Source: Octopus bimaculoides (taxonomy: Eukaryota). Taken from it: 64,000 nucleotides of DNA. Position 1 is the first letter of the stretch, and each line of letters opens with the position of its first letter. The translations under genes were made by a program, and so were the position numbers. Positions 48,966 to 60,100 of the stretch are shown one piece after another. The stretch lies in assembly GCF_001194135.2 (NCBI RefSeq), contig NC_068982.1, positions 3,922,605-3,986,604 on the forward strand, in the 5' to 3' direction. The notes beneath the pieces were generated by a model. That model did not search any database, had not been told where the DNA came from, and saw only the letters and a list, made by a program, of their open reading frames with translations.

Positions 48966-51900
48966 NNNNNNNNNNNNNNNNNNNNNNNNNNNNNNNGGTG
49001 GTGGTGGTGGTGGTGGTGTTGACACTTAATGATAATAATTATAGAATTTCAGGAACAAAACTATTTGTGTATTATTCTTAATGATTATTGACTTAATCTT
49101 CACATATAATGAAAGTATTCCATTCTGGCTTTCTCTGTTGAAGACTGATGAGTTTATTCCATGGGACCTGAACCTGCCGGCTGTGCTAAGAATTTGATTC
49201 ATAGGAAAAGGTAACATTAATATAGGGATTTGAATTCTTTGAGAGAGAAAAAGAAAAGAGAGGGAGAGAGAGAGACAGACAGAAAACGGTGAAGGGGAGA
49301 AAAAGGGAATTAGAGGCTGGAAGAGAAAACAGTATAGAGTAGAGTCGCATCAAAAAGGTAAGATAAACTTAAATATATATAGGCACAGGTGTGGTTGTGT
49401 GGTGAGAAGTTTGCTTCCCAACCAAATGATTGAATGCCACACATCCTCTTCCAAATAAGTTTTATCTTAATAATTCTGATGCGCACTCTATACGATCTTT
49501 TTACTCTTTCGTTTTTCTTGCTCTTATTCTTTTACCTCTTCTTCTCCCACTATTCTATCTTATTACTGTCACTCTCTCTCTCTCCCTCACTCCTCCTCCC
49601 TTGCTCATGTGGCTCCCACGTAACCATTGGCCATCTTTCTTTCTTCTCCTAACTTGTGTTTCTTTCTTTCTCTCCATTGTAGCTGGAACAAGGAAGACCT
49701 GTTCTTGTCTGTCTCCTGTCCAAGCTTGATTTACGCGTTCGCCACCACGACCTTGTTTAGGCTTAGCAGCCCTTCCTGTTTATTTTCTCTGTCCTGTTTG
49801 TGTTACCTATTTTGACCCTCCGCAAAATCCCAAATTTTATTTAATTTGCTTTTCGGGAGCAACTGTTTTATCAAAAGCGTATATTGTTGTTAAATGCCCG
49901 AAGTACAAGACTAGAAAAACAGTCAACAGCTGATGAAGGGTCTTTCTTTATGTTGTTTGTTTTGTTTTCCATTTGTGTCTTTCGTTGTTCGAAAGAATAG
50001 TTCATGTTCCATGTACTTATGTTTCGTATTATTTGTGTATGTCTTTTGTATCTATGATTGTCCTCCAGCACCACTTGACAACAGGTGTTGGTGTGGCAGT
50101 TCGGAGGAATAAGTACCAGGCTCAGAGAACAATAAGTGCAGGGGTCGATTTATTTGACGAAAAATTCTTCAAGGCGGTGCCCCAGCATGGCCGCAGTTTA
50201 AATGACTGAAACAAATAAAAGATGAAAGAAAAAAAAAATGTAATACTCACTACAGTAGCAATTATTGATATGATTTGTCCCTGAGATCTAAATCAAAACA
50301 TGTCTCTAGAAAAAATAAAGCAAAAACAGAAAATATCGATAACTTGATTCATTAAAGAAGATTGTAGCAATTGTGATTGATTGCTTAGGAAGATGGTTGG
50401 CAGTTGACAGACAAGAGATAATTCAGAGGGAAAAAAGTAAACGAGGAAGGCGGGAAGCAGACACTTGGCTGTGTGCAAACAAAATGATGTTGAGAAAAAT
50501 ATCGTCAGGATTTTGTGAAATAGATTAAACTTAATTCTTATAAATAGTTAATAAACTCTTGGTTGTCTGGCATCATTGTAGACTTTAACAATAACCATAC
50601 TTATGGTAACCCAAATAAAAGATTTGTTTAGAAAAGAAAGCATTTTTGTGGTGGGAGACAGATGTAGTTGACAGAAGACAGTCGCTATGTTTGGTACTTG
50701 TATTAACGTTGAAGAAATGTAAGAGATTAATTCAATGTGATTTTAATGTAGAATATAGGAGACAGATCTCAATACTGGAAATTCATTTAATCTCATATTT
50801 GATAAGTCACAACTAGGACTCGATTAAAACCATGTGGGGTCCCAGGGCACTTCAAGTTTGGTGGGTCGCTCATACACAAGAATTAAAATCTTGGAAAGTT
50901 ATAAAATTTAAAACTCAAAACTCGTTTAATTTATGTAATTGAATTTGATGAGTTAGCAGAGAAAGTTTAAATCAATGACTGGAAACGCTTTTCAAAATTC
51001 AAATTTCGTTTTTTACACATCCACTTGTGACAATGAAGGAAGAGGAGAGGGGATAAGATTTTTTTCTTTCTTTTAATGCGATTTACATATATTTCAGAAT
51101 GTGGAATACGATAAAATGACAGAATAGGCGCAATAAATGCATGTGTGGTGTGTGTGCGTGAGTGGGTGGGTGGGTGGAGATACCAACATGAAAAAGACAT
51201 GGATTGAAATAAAACCTTTCTCAAAAGTAGTCATAAAGAACAGTGAAAATAATGAAATGAAATATTATCCAAAAGTGAACCATTCTGAAAGATGCTTTGT
51301 CATCTGAAAACATTCATCGCCTGTTTTCCCATATTTTTCCCTCCAAAAAACTCAGCTGAATCTTAACAAGAAAAATGCAAAACGCAGATTCAAGAGTATG
51401 ATGGGAAGTAGACAAAATTTGCAGTTTACATGTCTTTATACATGTGGAGGGCTTTTTTTAATCGTGGGTGCCACTGACTTGCTCGTGTGCATGACACAGG
51501 TGCACGCGTCCACTGACAAGCGCGGGTGTACACGTTGGTTCCAGTCTTCTTAAGTAGTACTCAAAATGGGGATGCGGGGATCTGCAATATAATAGTTTGA
51601 AAATAGGAGAAAATAATAAGAAATTAGAAGTTACTCATTTTGCCCCACTTCCCTATAGTAATTTCAAGTGTTTGAGCAAAGGATGAAAAATATAGAAAAA
51701 GAAAGAAAAAGGTTCCATTTAATGAAAAACATTTGAACATGTTACGGAGATGTACTTGCATAGCAAGTGACCTGATCTGAGATCGTGTGCTGGAACGAAA
51801 ACAATTGCAGCGTGGAAGGTGTTTATAAGCCATTTAAGAAACACATTTTGGCAAATTAAATTTAAATGTTGAAGTGAATCTAACGGTTTTTGTGTGTTTC

Positions 51901-52439
51901 TTAAATGGCTTATAAACACCTTCCATGCTGCAATTGTGTTGATTTGAACATATTTACCATAATTCTAAAGTCCCCCCAAAATGCTTACTTGTTTCATAAA
52001 ATAAGACCAATTTTAAATGCCTTGCTGAAATAATTAAGTTTAGAAGTAACATGGATGTGTGCGTGCCTCTAACTGCAAGTGGTCAAACCAAGGTCACTAC
52101 TCAGTCATGCGTAGAAAGAAAGAATTTGCCCTAGAGACACTAACTTCTTCCTATCAATCTCTTTATCTTTACATTCATACTTACACTCATTCACGCATAC
52201 ATATATACATACACATATACACACACACGCAGACACAAACATACATACAAGTAACTAACTTTATTAAAAAATCGAAAATTAACCTCCTTCCCAACTCTAC
52301 AAACAAAAACGAAAACGTGGATAAGACCACCATGTGGCTTTGCAGCTGTCGACATTCCGACAGATTCCATTGTNNNNNNNNNNGATAAGACCACCATGTG
52401 GCTTTGCAGCTGTCGACATTCCGACAGATTCCATTGTGC

Positions 52440-53085
52440 CTGCCAGCCAAACTACATTACTGGCTCAAGTAACTGACCACTGTCCCCCTAGCAGGCACAA
52501 GGTAGAATGCCACTACCTAAAAGGAAAACAAGACTTGGAAGGCAGCTCCTTGAGCAACACTCTTTGTCTGATAACCTAGAATACATGCTCAAAGAAGTTG
52601 CACGACTGTAACGTAACGTATCATCAGATGAAAGGATGAGATTGTATGAGAAGAAGGCTGTGCATGGATATGTTAGTAGAAAGCTCCGTAATGATAGTAA
52701 CATTTATCACGAAAGCAGTTTATCATGGACCAATAGCCACTTTGAAGGGTAAGTGTTTGCAATCCAAGAACAGGAAATATCAACCAAGTACCTTATGCAC
52801 AAAAGGGATAGAGATGTAGGAAAAGCCATAAATTGTGACAACCGATGCAGACTTTGTGGAGTTCACACTGAAGATATCATCCACATCATAAGAGGTTGTC
52901 CGAAAATGTCATCATGGTATTATCTACCAATGAGACATGATGTTGTAGCTAGGACACTCTATAATGAAATCTGTCGGAAGGATAATCCTGAGGACAAAGA
53001 AATAAAAACCCACAATATGGTAGAAGCCATAACCACTCATGGTAAAAAGGAATACTAGTGGAATGTACCAGTGAAAACTTCAATA
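52440..53085 (+). mobile_element. R4/Dong-like LINE fragment (CCHC zinc-knuckle region)
   Basis: FAIQEQEISTKY...CRLCGVHTEDIIHIIRGC...YLPMRHDVVARTLYNEIC. Confidence 0.85.
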
Positions 53086-53696
53086 ACTGTCTGGGTAGTT
53101 TTTGAGTTGAATTAATTGGTGTCTCTAAGGTGGAGAAATCTGTGATTATTTATCACTAAAGAGAATCCATTATGTTTTTAAGCAGTCAAGATACCATTGT
53201 ATTTTGAAAGATAGCCTCTTCATGCCAGACTACTGGGAGGTGGGAGCCCCCAATATTTAACAGGGTGGAGTGGGGGTAAGAGCAGTGCAATTACCCCCCC
53301 CCCCATAAATCCAGCCCTGGTCACAACTGAATCATTTCCAACATAGCACAAGGCCAGAAACATAGTGGAAGGTTAACAGTCCATCAAATTGGACCTTAGC
53401 ACCTGACTGTACTTTAGAAAGGATGAGAGGTAAAGTTGGCTATGCTGGGATGTTCTTCACCTAAATAATAGCAACAATGGAGTGTTACTTGATACAAGGC
53501 CACAAATTGGTCGAATGGTGGTATTTTTTAATGAAATCCATCTCAGTTATTTTATTTTTCATAGAATCATAAAAAAACTCAAGCATATATGGTGGAACTA
53601 AAATTCAGAACACAGAAATCTGAAATTAAATACTTTTAGGATTTTACACTGGTACCCTCTTATTTGTCTCTCCAATATTTGTTTATTGTGAAGGCT

Positions 53697-53865
53697 GTGC
53701 GCTGGCAGTATGGTTAGCACGCCAGACAAAATACTTCATGGCATTTCTTACGTTCTGAGTTCAACTTTGCCTTCATCCTTTCAGGGTCAATAAAATAAGA
53801 ACCAGTTAAGTAGTAGGGGTCGATGTAATTGACTTAATCCCTCCCTCAAAATTGCTGACCTTTCG
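53697..53865 (+). mobile_element. SINE family A variant (further partial copies near 2022-2145, 18715-18800, 26440-26520, 32940-33105)
   Basis: Central domain match. Confidence 0.75.
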
Positions 53866-53904
53866 TGGTTAGTCCCAGGTCTGCTCTGATGGAGCAAACC
53901 TTTT

Positions 53905-54490
53905 ACTCAATCATCATCATCGTCATTTAACGTCCGCTTTCCATGCTGGCATGGGTTGGATGGTTTGACGGAGAACTGGCAAGCCAGAGGGTTGTACCAG
54001 GCTCCAATCTGATTTGGCAAGGTTTCTACAACTGGATGCCCTTCCTAATGCCAACCACTCCAAAAGTGTAGTGGGTGCTTTTTACGTGCCAGTCAGGCAG
54101 TACAGGCATCAGCCATGACAATGACTTCACATGACTCAACAGGTCTTCTCAAGCACAGTTTATTGCCCAATGATTGAAGGGTACTCTTAAATGGGCCGGT
54201 TATGCTACACTGGCATAGGCCACAGTTACGGTCTCATTTGGCTTGCCAAGTCTTCTCAAGCACAGCATATTTGCAAAGGTCTTGGTCACTTTGAGGCCCA
54301 ACATTTGAAGATCGTGCTTTACTAACTCATCCCAGGTCTTCCGGAGTCTACCTCTTCCACAGGTACCCTCCACTGTTAGGGTGTGACACTTTTTCACACA
54401 GCTGTCCTCATCCATAGGCAACACATGACCATACCAGCGCAGTCGTCTCTCTTGTGCACCATACCTGATGCTTCTTCAACTTCTCAATCA
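53905..54490 (-). mobile_element. RTE-clade LINE 3' end: ORF C-terminus, 3' UTR and (GAT)n tail
   Basis: ERRLRWYGHVLPMDEDSCVKKC..GRGRLRKTWDELVKHDL, followed by the same 3' UTR seen in many short copies in this window. Confidence 0.9.
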
Positions 54491-55619
54491 AACAGTATTT
54501 AATCATGACCACCCAGCTTGGTTTTAGTTATCTGTCGACATTGTCCATTGTCTTCTCTTTTTGAGACTGCAGTATTTGATTTTGGGGGTATATAACTGTT
54601 ATTTCTAGCAGGTCAAGCAACCCCATACAAGCTTTCTAGTTAGTTTGTCTCATTCCAATAGCATGGTGTCTAAATAAATCTGCTGTCAAAGACCAGTGGA
54701 ATAAAAAAGTCCCGCAGCTGAAAAATGGAAGGGCAACCAATTGCAAACTTTTTTCTTGAATAAGTCTCCATCGAACTCACAACAGCAGAATAAAAATAGA
54801 CGTGAAATAAATGTACAAATGAATTGGTAATTGTGCCAAATCCATTTGCAATCAGGATGTCTTTGATGTTTTCTACAAAATAGTGATATGACATATTAAA
54901 CAAAATTGAGCTGACAGAAATAAAGTAATGCATTACAAAAAACAAAACAAAAAAAATCTTTAATAGCAAAATTTATGTTTGTATTGTTCAAATCTTTCCA
55001 AAGTAACTGATTTGGGTGAGAAAGTGCCAAATCACTTATCATATAGTTATCACTAGTTTTTTTATTTTATTTCGAAGTCATATTATTTTATTTATTGACA
55101 ATAAATACAGTAGCATACCTACACAAGTGTTCCCCACCACCACCATTCTGGTTTTGTTTCCTCGTAATTTCCAGATAAATGGATTTTTTAAAAAGAAATT
55201 CTTTACAAATACGTTTCTGAGAGTGTGAATTCTGATTATACAGGAGTTTATTGTGAAAAAAAATTTCNNNNNNNNNNNNNNNNNNNNNNNNNNNNNNNNN
55301 NNNNNNNNNNNNNNNNNNNNNNNNNNNNNNNNNNNNNNNNNNNNNNNNNNNNNNNNNNNNNNNNNNNNNNNNNNNNNNNNNNNNNNNNNNNNNNNNNNNN
55401 NNNNNNNNNNNNNNNNNNNNNNNNNNNNNNNNNNNNNNNNNNNNNNNNNNNNNNNNNNNNNNNNNNNNNNNNNNNNNNNNNNNNNNNNNNNNNNNNNNNN
55501 NNNNNNNNNNNNNNNNNNNNNNNAAAGGAAACAGAGTCGATTCGAGTGAATTTCCTGAAACAGTTGTTCCCATCCATGGAAAAAATTTATTTTCATAACA
55601 AATTCCGATTCCACTCCAC

Positions 55620-56280
55620 AGACCTCCATGACCTTTCTTGCCGCCTGAATGATGGTTGCTCATATGAAGTTAAACTTTATACTCTCAAGAGGAGCTTGGC
55701 CCGAGCAAACATCCCTTCCATCTTGGAACCATCTGGATTGTCCAGACGTGATGGGAAAAGACCTGACGGCCTCACCCTGTGCCCCTGGTCGTGAGGCAAC
55801 CTTGTCTGGGATGTCACAGTTAGTGACTTCTTTGCTTCTTCTCACATCCTGGATGCTGCAGTCAGGGCGAGATCCACAGCTTCTGCGGTCGAACGGAACA
55901 AAATCCTGAAATACTGCGATCTGTCGGCCAACTACATTTTCCATCCTGTGACATTCGAGACATTTGGTGGGGTCGGACCATTAACTGCGAGATTCCTGTC
56001 TTCACTGACAACTCGTCTTGCAGAGGTAACTGGTGAGGGCGCTTGGCTGTTCCAGCGCATCAACCTCGCCATTACCCGCGGTAATGCTGCAAGCGTGTTT
56101 GGCGTACCTCAATAGCCATTAGAAAGGTTTCACAGTGTCCCCAACTTTTCAACCCAAGGTGGTGAATTTATTTTCTCTTTTTTTTTTTGTTTTTTTAATT
56201 TTTCCAATTGTGTTCTCTGTTTTGTCCAATTTTCTTATTTAATTTTGTAAAACGGTAAACACTGTGCAGGCAATAAAAAT
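55620..56280 (+). mobile_element. CRE-clade non-LTR retrotransposon 3' end
   Basis: [44 protein letters not shown]...KYCDL..FHPVTFETFG..QRINLAITRGNAASV, stop at 56113-56115, then a 3' UTR with AATAAA. Confidence 0.9.
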
Positions 56281-56384
56281 CAGAATCTACAGGATCTGAA
56301 GCATATTTGTAGATAATTTATTTAAAAACATCCGTTTATCTGTTAGTTATAAGGAAACAAAGTGGATGGGAGAGAGGTGCTCAC

Positions 56385-56829
56385 TTATACCGAAATCAGT
56401 ATCTACAGATGTCCTTTTGTCTCCAGACAATCAGACGGTCGCCGATTTTGAAGAGTCCTTGTTTCTTAGGATTATATTATTCTCTTATCATAATTTGTTG
56501 CTGATATGAATTATTTCCAAGCAATTTCTTTAGCCTTTCCAGAAGAGAGAATTTCACCGAGTTACTCGTGATCAGACACAAACACGCGCACGTTGTCTCT
56601 TTCTCTCTCTCACACACACACGCATCTGAGAGGATGTATAATTTTTGTTTTAATTATTATAGTTGCTTTAAACTACATAAAAAAATGATTCCTTCATATG
56701 ATGACTGTACATTAAATTTGTTTATCATTTCCAGCGTGTATATTCGATGCTATTCTTAAGCAAGATATAATTAAACCGGAATTTATTACAAAAGGGTCTA
56801 TACTAAATGTGTCACCGGTTACGGCAAGT
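56385..56829. promoter_or_regulatory. CpG-rich putative (possibly bidirectional) promoter and 5' UTR
   Basis: CpG retained relative to the flanks; lies directly upstream of the + strand ATG exon; a minus-strand donor TAA|GTGAGC at 56385/56384 points away from it. Confidence 0.35.
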
Positions 56830-56928
56830 ATGAATCCTTCGTCTTCGGAGAAAATTAATTTGAAAACGAAACAGAAACGTCGCAGAGAAAATATAAAGCA
56901 ATCACAACCGTACATAAATATGCGTAAG
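56830..56928 (+). CDS. Putative first coding exon of an unidentified Lys/Glu-rich protein (MNPSSSEKINLKTKQKRRRENIKQSQPYINMRK)
   Basis: ATG with A at -3, 33 open codons, strong phase-0 donor AAG|GTGAGC at 56929; lies in a CpG-rich patch. Confidence 0.5.
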
Positions 56929-57204
56929 GTGAGCTCCAGATTAAAGTATTCATATTAAAATGTTATTAACGACAAATGATAAATCCTAAATATTATTTTG
57001 GGTTTCGTGAAAGCACGTGTTCCAATTAACAGTTATTTATTTTATCCCTCATTGCAAAAAAACATTTGTTAAAATCTCTTTTATGGGACAAATGTCTCAG
57101 CCCTTTCTCCTTCCCAGTCATACCTTTGCAGTATCTGCCACGATTAAGATTTCTTTTTTCTTTTCCGTTTATTTTTCCTCGTTCTCTAGTATTCTACAAA
57201 CATA

Positions 57205-57845
57205 CCTCCACCCCGCTCCAGCTTTGTTTGCTTATAACTTTCAGAAAAACGAATATCTTTAATGAAATTTACAACAAATATGCTTCAGATGGTATAAACC
57301 CCGATTATATCGGAATTTGTTGCTGGGAAAGTTTTTCTGAGAGGTGGAGAGAAGAGTTTCGTAAAATTTACACGAATCAGCTTTGTTTCCTCATAACTTT
57401 CAGAAAAATTAATATTTTTTTCGCTAAATTTTCCACAAATATCTTTCAGACTGTAGATTGCGACTATATCGGAATTTGGTACATATTGACACATCGCAAT
57501 TCTTTCTTCAACATTTCCAGTTTCACTTTGTGCATATATGATACGTGTCAACATGCATTTGTACAAACCCGCCAATTTCTTTTTATTTAAATTCCGATAT
57601 AATCGTAATCTACACAATCAGAAAAGTATTTTGTAGAGGAAAATTTTATAGCAAAATCCCATTTTCGGACAGTTCTGAGAAAACAAAGCTTGTGAATTTT
57701 CTGAAATACTTCTCTCCTTCTACGGAAAAGTTTTCCACACCAAATTCCGGTATAATCGGAATCTACACTATCAGAATCGTATTTGTGGAAAGTTTTATGA
57801 AAAAGATATTCACTTTTCTGGGTGTTATGAGGTAACAAAATGAAG
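57205..57845. repeat. Fold-back array of a dispersed ~155-bp repeat (2 units forward, 2 inverted)
   Basis: Unit motifs TTTGTTTCCTCATAACTTTCAGAAAA and GATTATATCGGAATTT; other copies near 31820-32200, 42220-42450, 55140-55620, 56281-56365. Confidence 0.7.
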
Positions 57846-58188
57846 AAGGCACAATTATAAAAGTATGCCGATTCCACGTTCTGAAACGCTTGTAATTCGT
57901 TTAAAGAAAATTGCCCTCTCCACATTTATACTTTCCGCGATTATAATAAACGTTTTTTGTTTCGTTATTTTGTAGTATTCCATATTCTGAAACACTTGCG
58001 GAATGACTGTGACAGCTCTTCTGAATGTCTACACTCGATTCTATGTGTCAGTTAACATGCTAGAAATAATGTGTATATCTCACATATGCACACATCTAGA
58101 TACATACAAAAATGCCTGTTAGAAAATTACTATTTGTAAATCTCACAACGAGAAATATTCAGCAACAGTACTTTGGAATAAAGATTGT

Positions 58189-58491
58189 TTGCCAACATAG
58201 CATGGCAGTCCTGGTTTAGGACGAATGTTGCTGTCATTTAGCCCCAGGAGACGTTGTCTCCAGCTGGCTATACGACACGATCTGTGTCCTTATATTTTCA
58301 AACAAGGGAATCTAGCACCCCCACTCAGCGATACACAGATATTGTTTTGAGCTGAGTGGGGGTGCTAGATTCCCTTGTTTGAAAATATAAGGACACAGAT
58401 CGTGTCGTATAGCCAGCCGGAGACGATGTCTCCTGGGGCTAAATTACAGCAACATTCGTCCTAAACCAGGACTGCCTTGTTATGTTGGCAA
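58189..58491. mobile_element. Palindromic (fold-back) MITE with ~140-bp arms
   Basis: Near-perfect inverted repeat around a ~20-bp spacer; related copy at 16612-16843. Confidence 0.8.
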
Positions 58492-58697
58492 CTACGTGTG
58501 AATATGTGGGATGGCTACTCATTGCTTCCCACCTGTTCCCGCTGGCGACTCTTGACTGCCCAGCTCTTGGAAGAATCCGGTTTCTCAGGAAGTGGCACCA
58601 AATCCTAAGGTAGGGGAGAGAACTCCTATGATAATAAGAACGAGCAACAACACCGTCTTGATTGAATTCCAAACAAAAATTATTCACAGGTGAAATA

Positions 58698-58975
58698 AAC
58701 AGGCGTGGCCATGTGGTTAGAAGTTTGCTTCCCAATCATATGTTTCCATGTTTAGTCCCACTGCGTGGTACCTTAGGCGAGTGTCTTCTGTTATAACCTT
58801 GGGCCAACCAAAGCCTTGTTAGTGGATTTGGTGCACGGAAAGTGAAAGAAGCTTGTACATATATACATATATATGTACGTGTCTTTGTGTTTGTCTGTCC
58901 ACCACCACCACTCGACAACCTGTGTTTACGTCCCTGTAACTTGGCGGTTCAGCAAAAAAACACTGGAATAATTAA
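58698..58975 (+). mobile_element. SINE family B
   Basis: Same consensus. Confidence 0.8.
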
Positions 58976-58984
58976 CTGGCTTTG

Positions 58985-59342
58985 AGCCTGATCGTTGCCA
59001 GCGTCGCCTTACTGGCACATGTGCTGGTGGCACGTGAAAAACAACATTCGAGCGTGGTCGTTGCCAGTGCCGCCGGACTGGCTCCTGTGCAGGTGGCACG
59101 TAAAAAAAAAGCCTTTTGAGCATGGTCATTGCCAGAACTGACTGACTGGCCCTCGTGCCAGTGGCGTGTAAAAGCACACACTACACTCTCGGAGTGGTTG
59201 GCCTTAGGAAAGGCATCCAGCTGTAGAAACTTTGCCAGATTAGATTGGAGCCTGGTGCAGCCTTCTGGCTCTCCAGTCCTCAGTCAAACTGTCCAACCCA
59301 TGCCAGCATGGAAAGTGGATGTTAAACGACGATGATGATGAT
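58985..59342 (+). mobile_element. RTE-tailed repeat with three ~60-bp tandem units
   Basis: Same units and tail as 44328-44662. Confidence 0.8.
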
Positions 59343-59669
59343 ATATATATATGTCTGTGTGTGTGTGTGTGTATGTAATTGGGCAAAGATTTAAAAGAAA
59401 TATGTAGCTAAGAATAAGTTATGTCAGTGTTAATCAACATAAAGCTTGATTGTTCTCTTTCATTTTTAAAAGACTTCCTCTCTTACAAGAAGTTCCCTCA
59501 TCCTGCTGCCAAATCTTCACTTTTTGTAAAACATTTGGATAAAATTCTATCAAATTTCTTTCGAAAGGTAGCTGTGTGTTTAATTAAAAAAAAGCAAAAT
59601 CTATATTTTTGTACGAAAAATTTTTTTGGGGTGGAAAAAATTATTTGCAAATTTTCTTTTTATTTGTAG

Positions 59670-59703
59670 CTACAGGAAGCAATGAAGCAGAAAAGGGAAG
59701 AAA
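59670..59703 (+). CDS. Putative 34-nt second exon (LQEAMKQKREE + 1 nt)
   Basis: Acceptor ttttctttttatttgtag| and donor AAA|GTAAGC; phase 0 in, phase 1 out, which fits the exons on both sides. Confidence 0.5.
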
Positions 59704-59894
59704 GTAAGCAAAATCTTTTCTAATATTAAAATAATTCTTCTGGCATTCGATTTGACCAAAGCTAATACCAAAGACAAAGCATTCCATTTTCATTATTACC
59801 CTGCAAGGAATATTCTTGTTATCCTTTCCACATGATTAAACTTAGAATCAACTATGAAGTATAATTGTAAATATGTACGCATATAAATACTGAC

Positions 59895-60100
59895 ATTACG
59901 CCACAATGCTGCTGGTGCCACATTAAAAAGCACCCTGTACACTCTGTAAAGTGGTTGGCGTTAGGATTGGCATCTTGCTGTAGAAACCTTTCCAAAACTG
60001 ATTATGGAACCTGGTGTGTCTCCTGGCCTTACCAGTTCCTGTTAAACCATCCAACCCATGCCAGCATGGAAAACGGATGTAAAAGGATGATGATGATGAT
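59895..60100 (+). mobile_element. Short RTE 3'-end copy
   Basis: Same 3' UTR and tail. Confidence 0.75.

Noticed and set aside
49925-50010. CTGATGA...GAAA suggesting another hammerhead
   Set aside because: Could not form stems I and III with a valid NUH site by eye.
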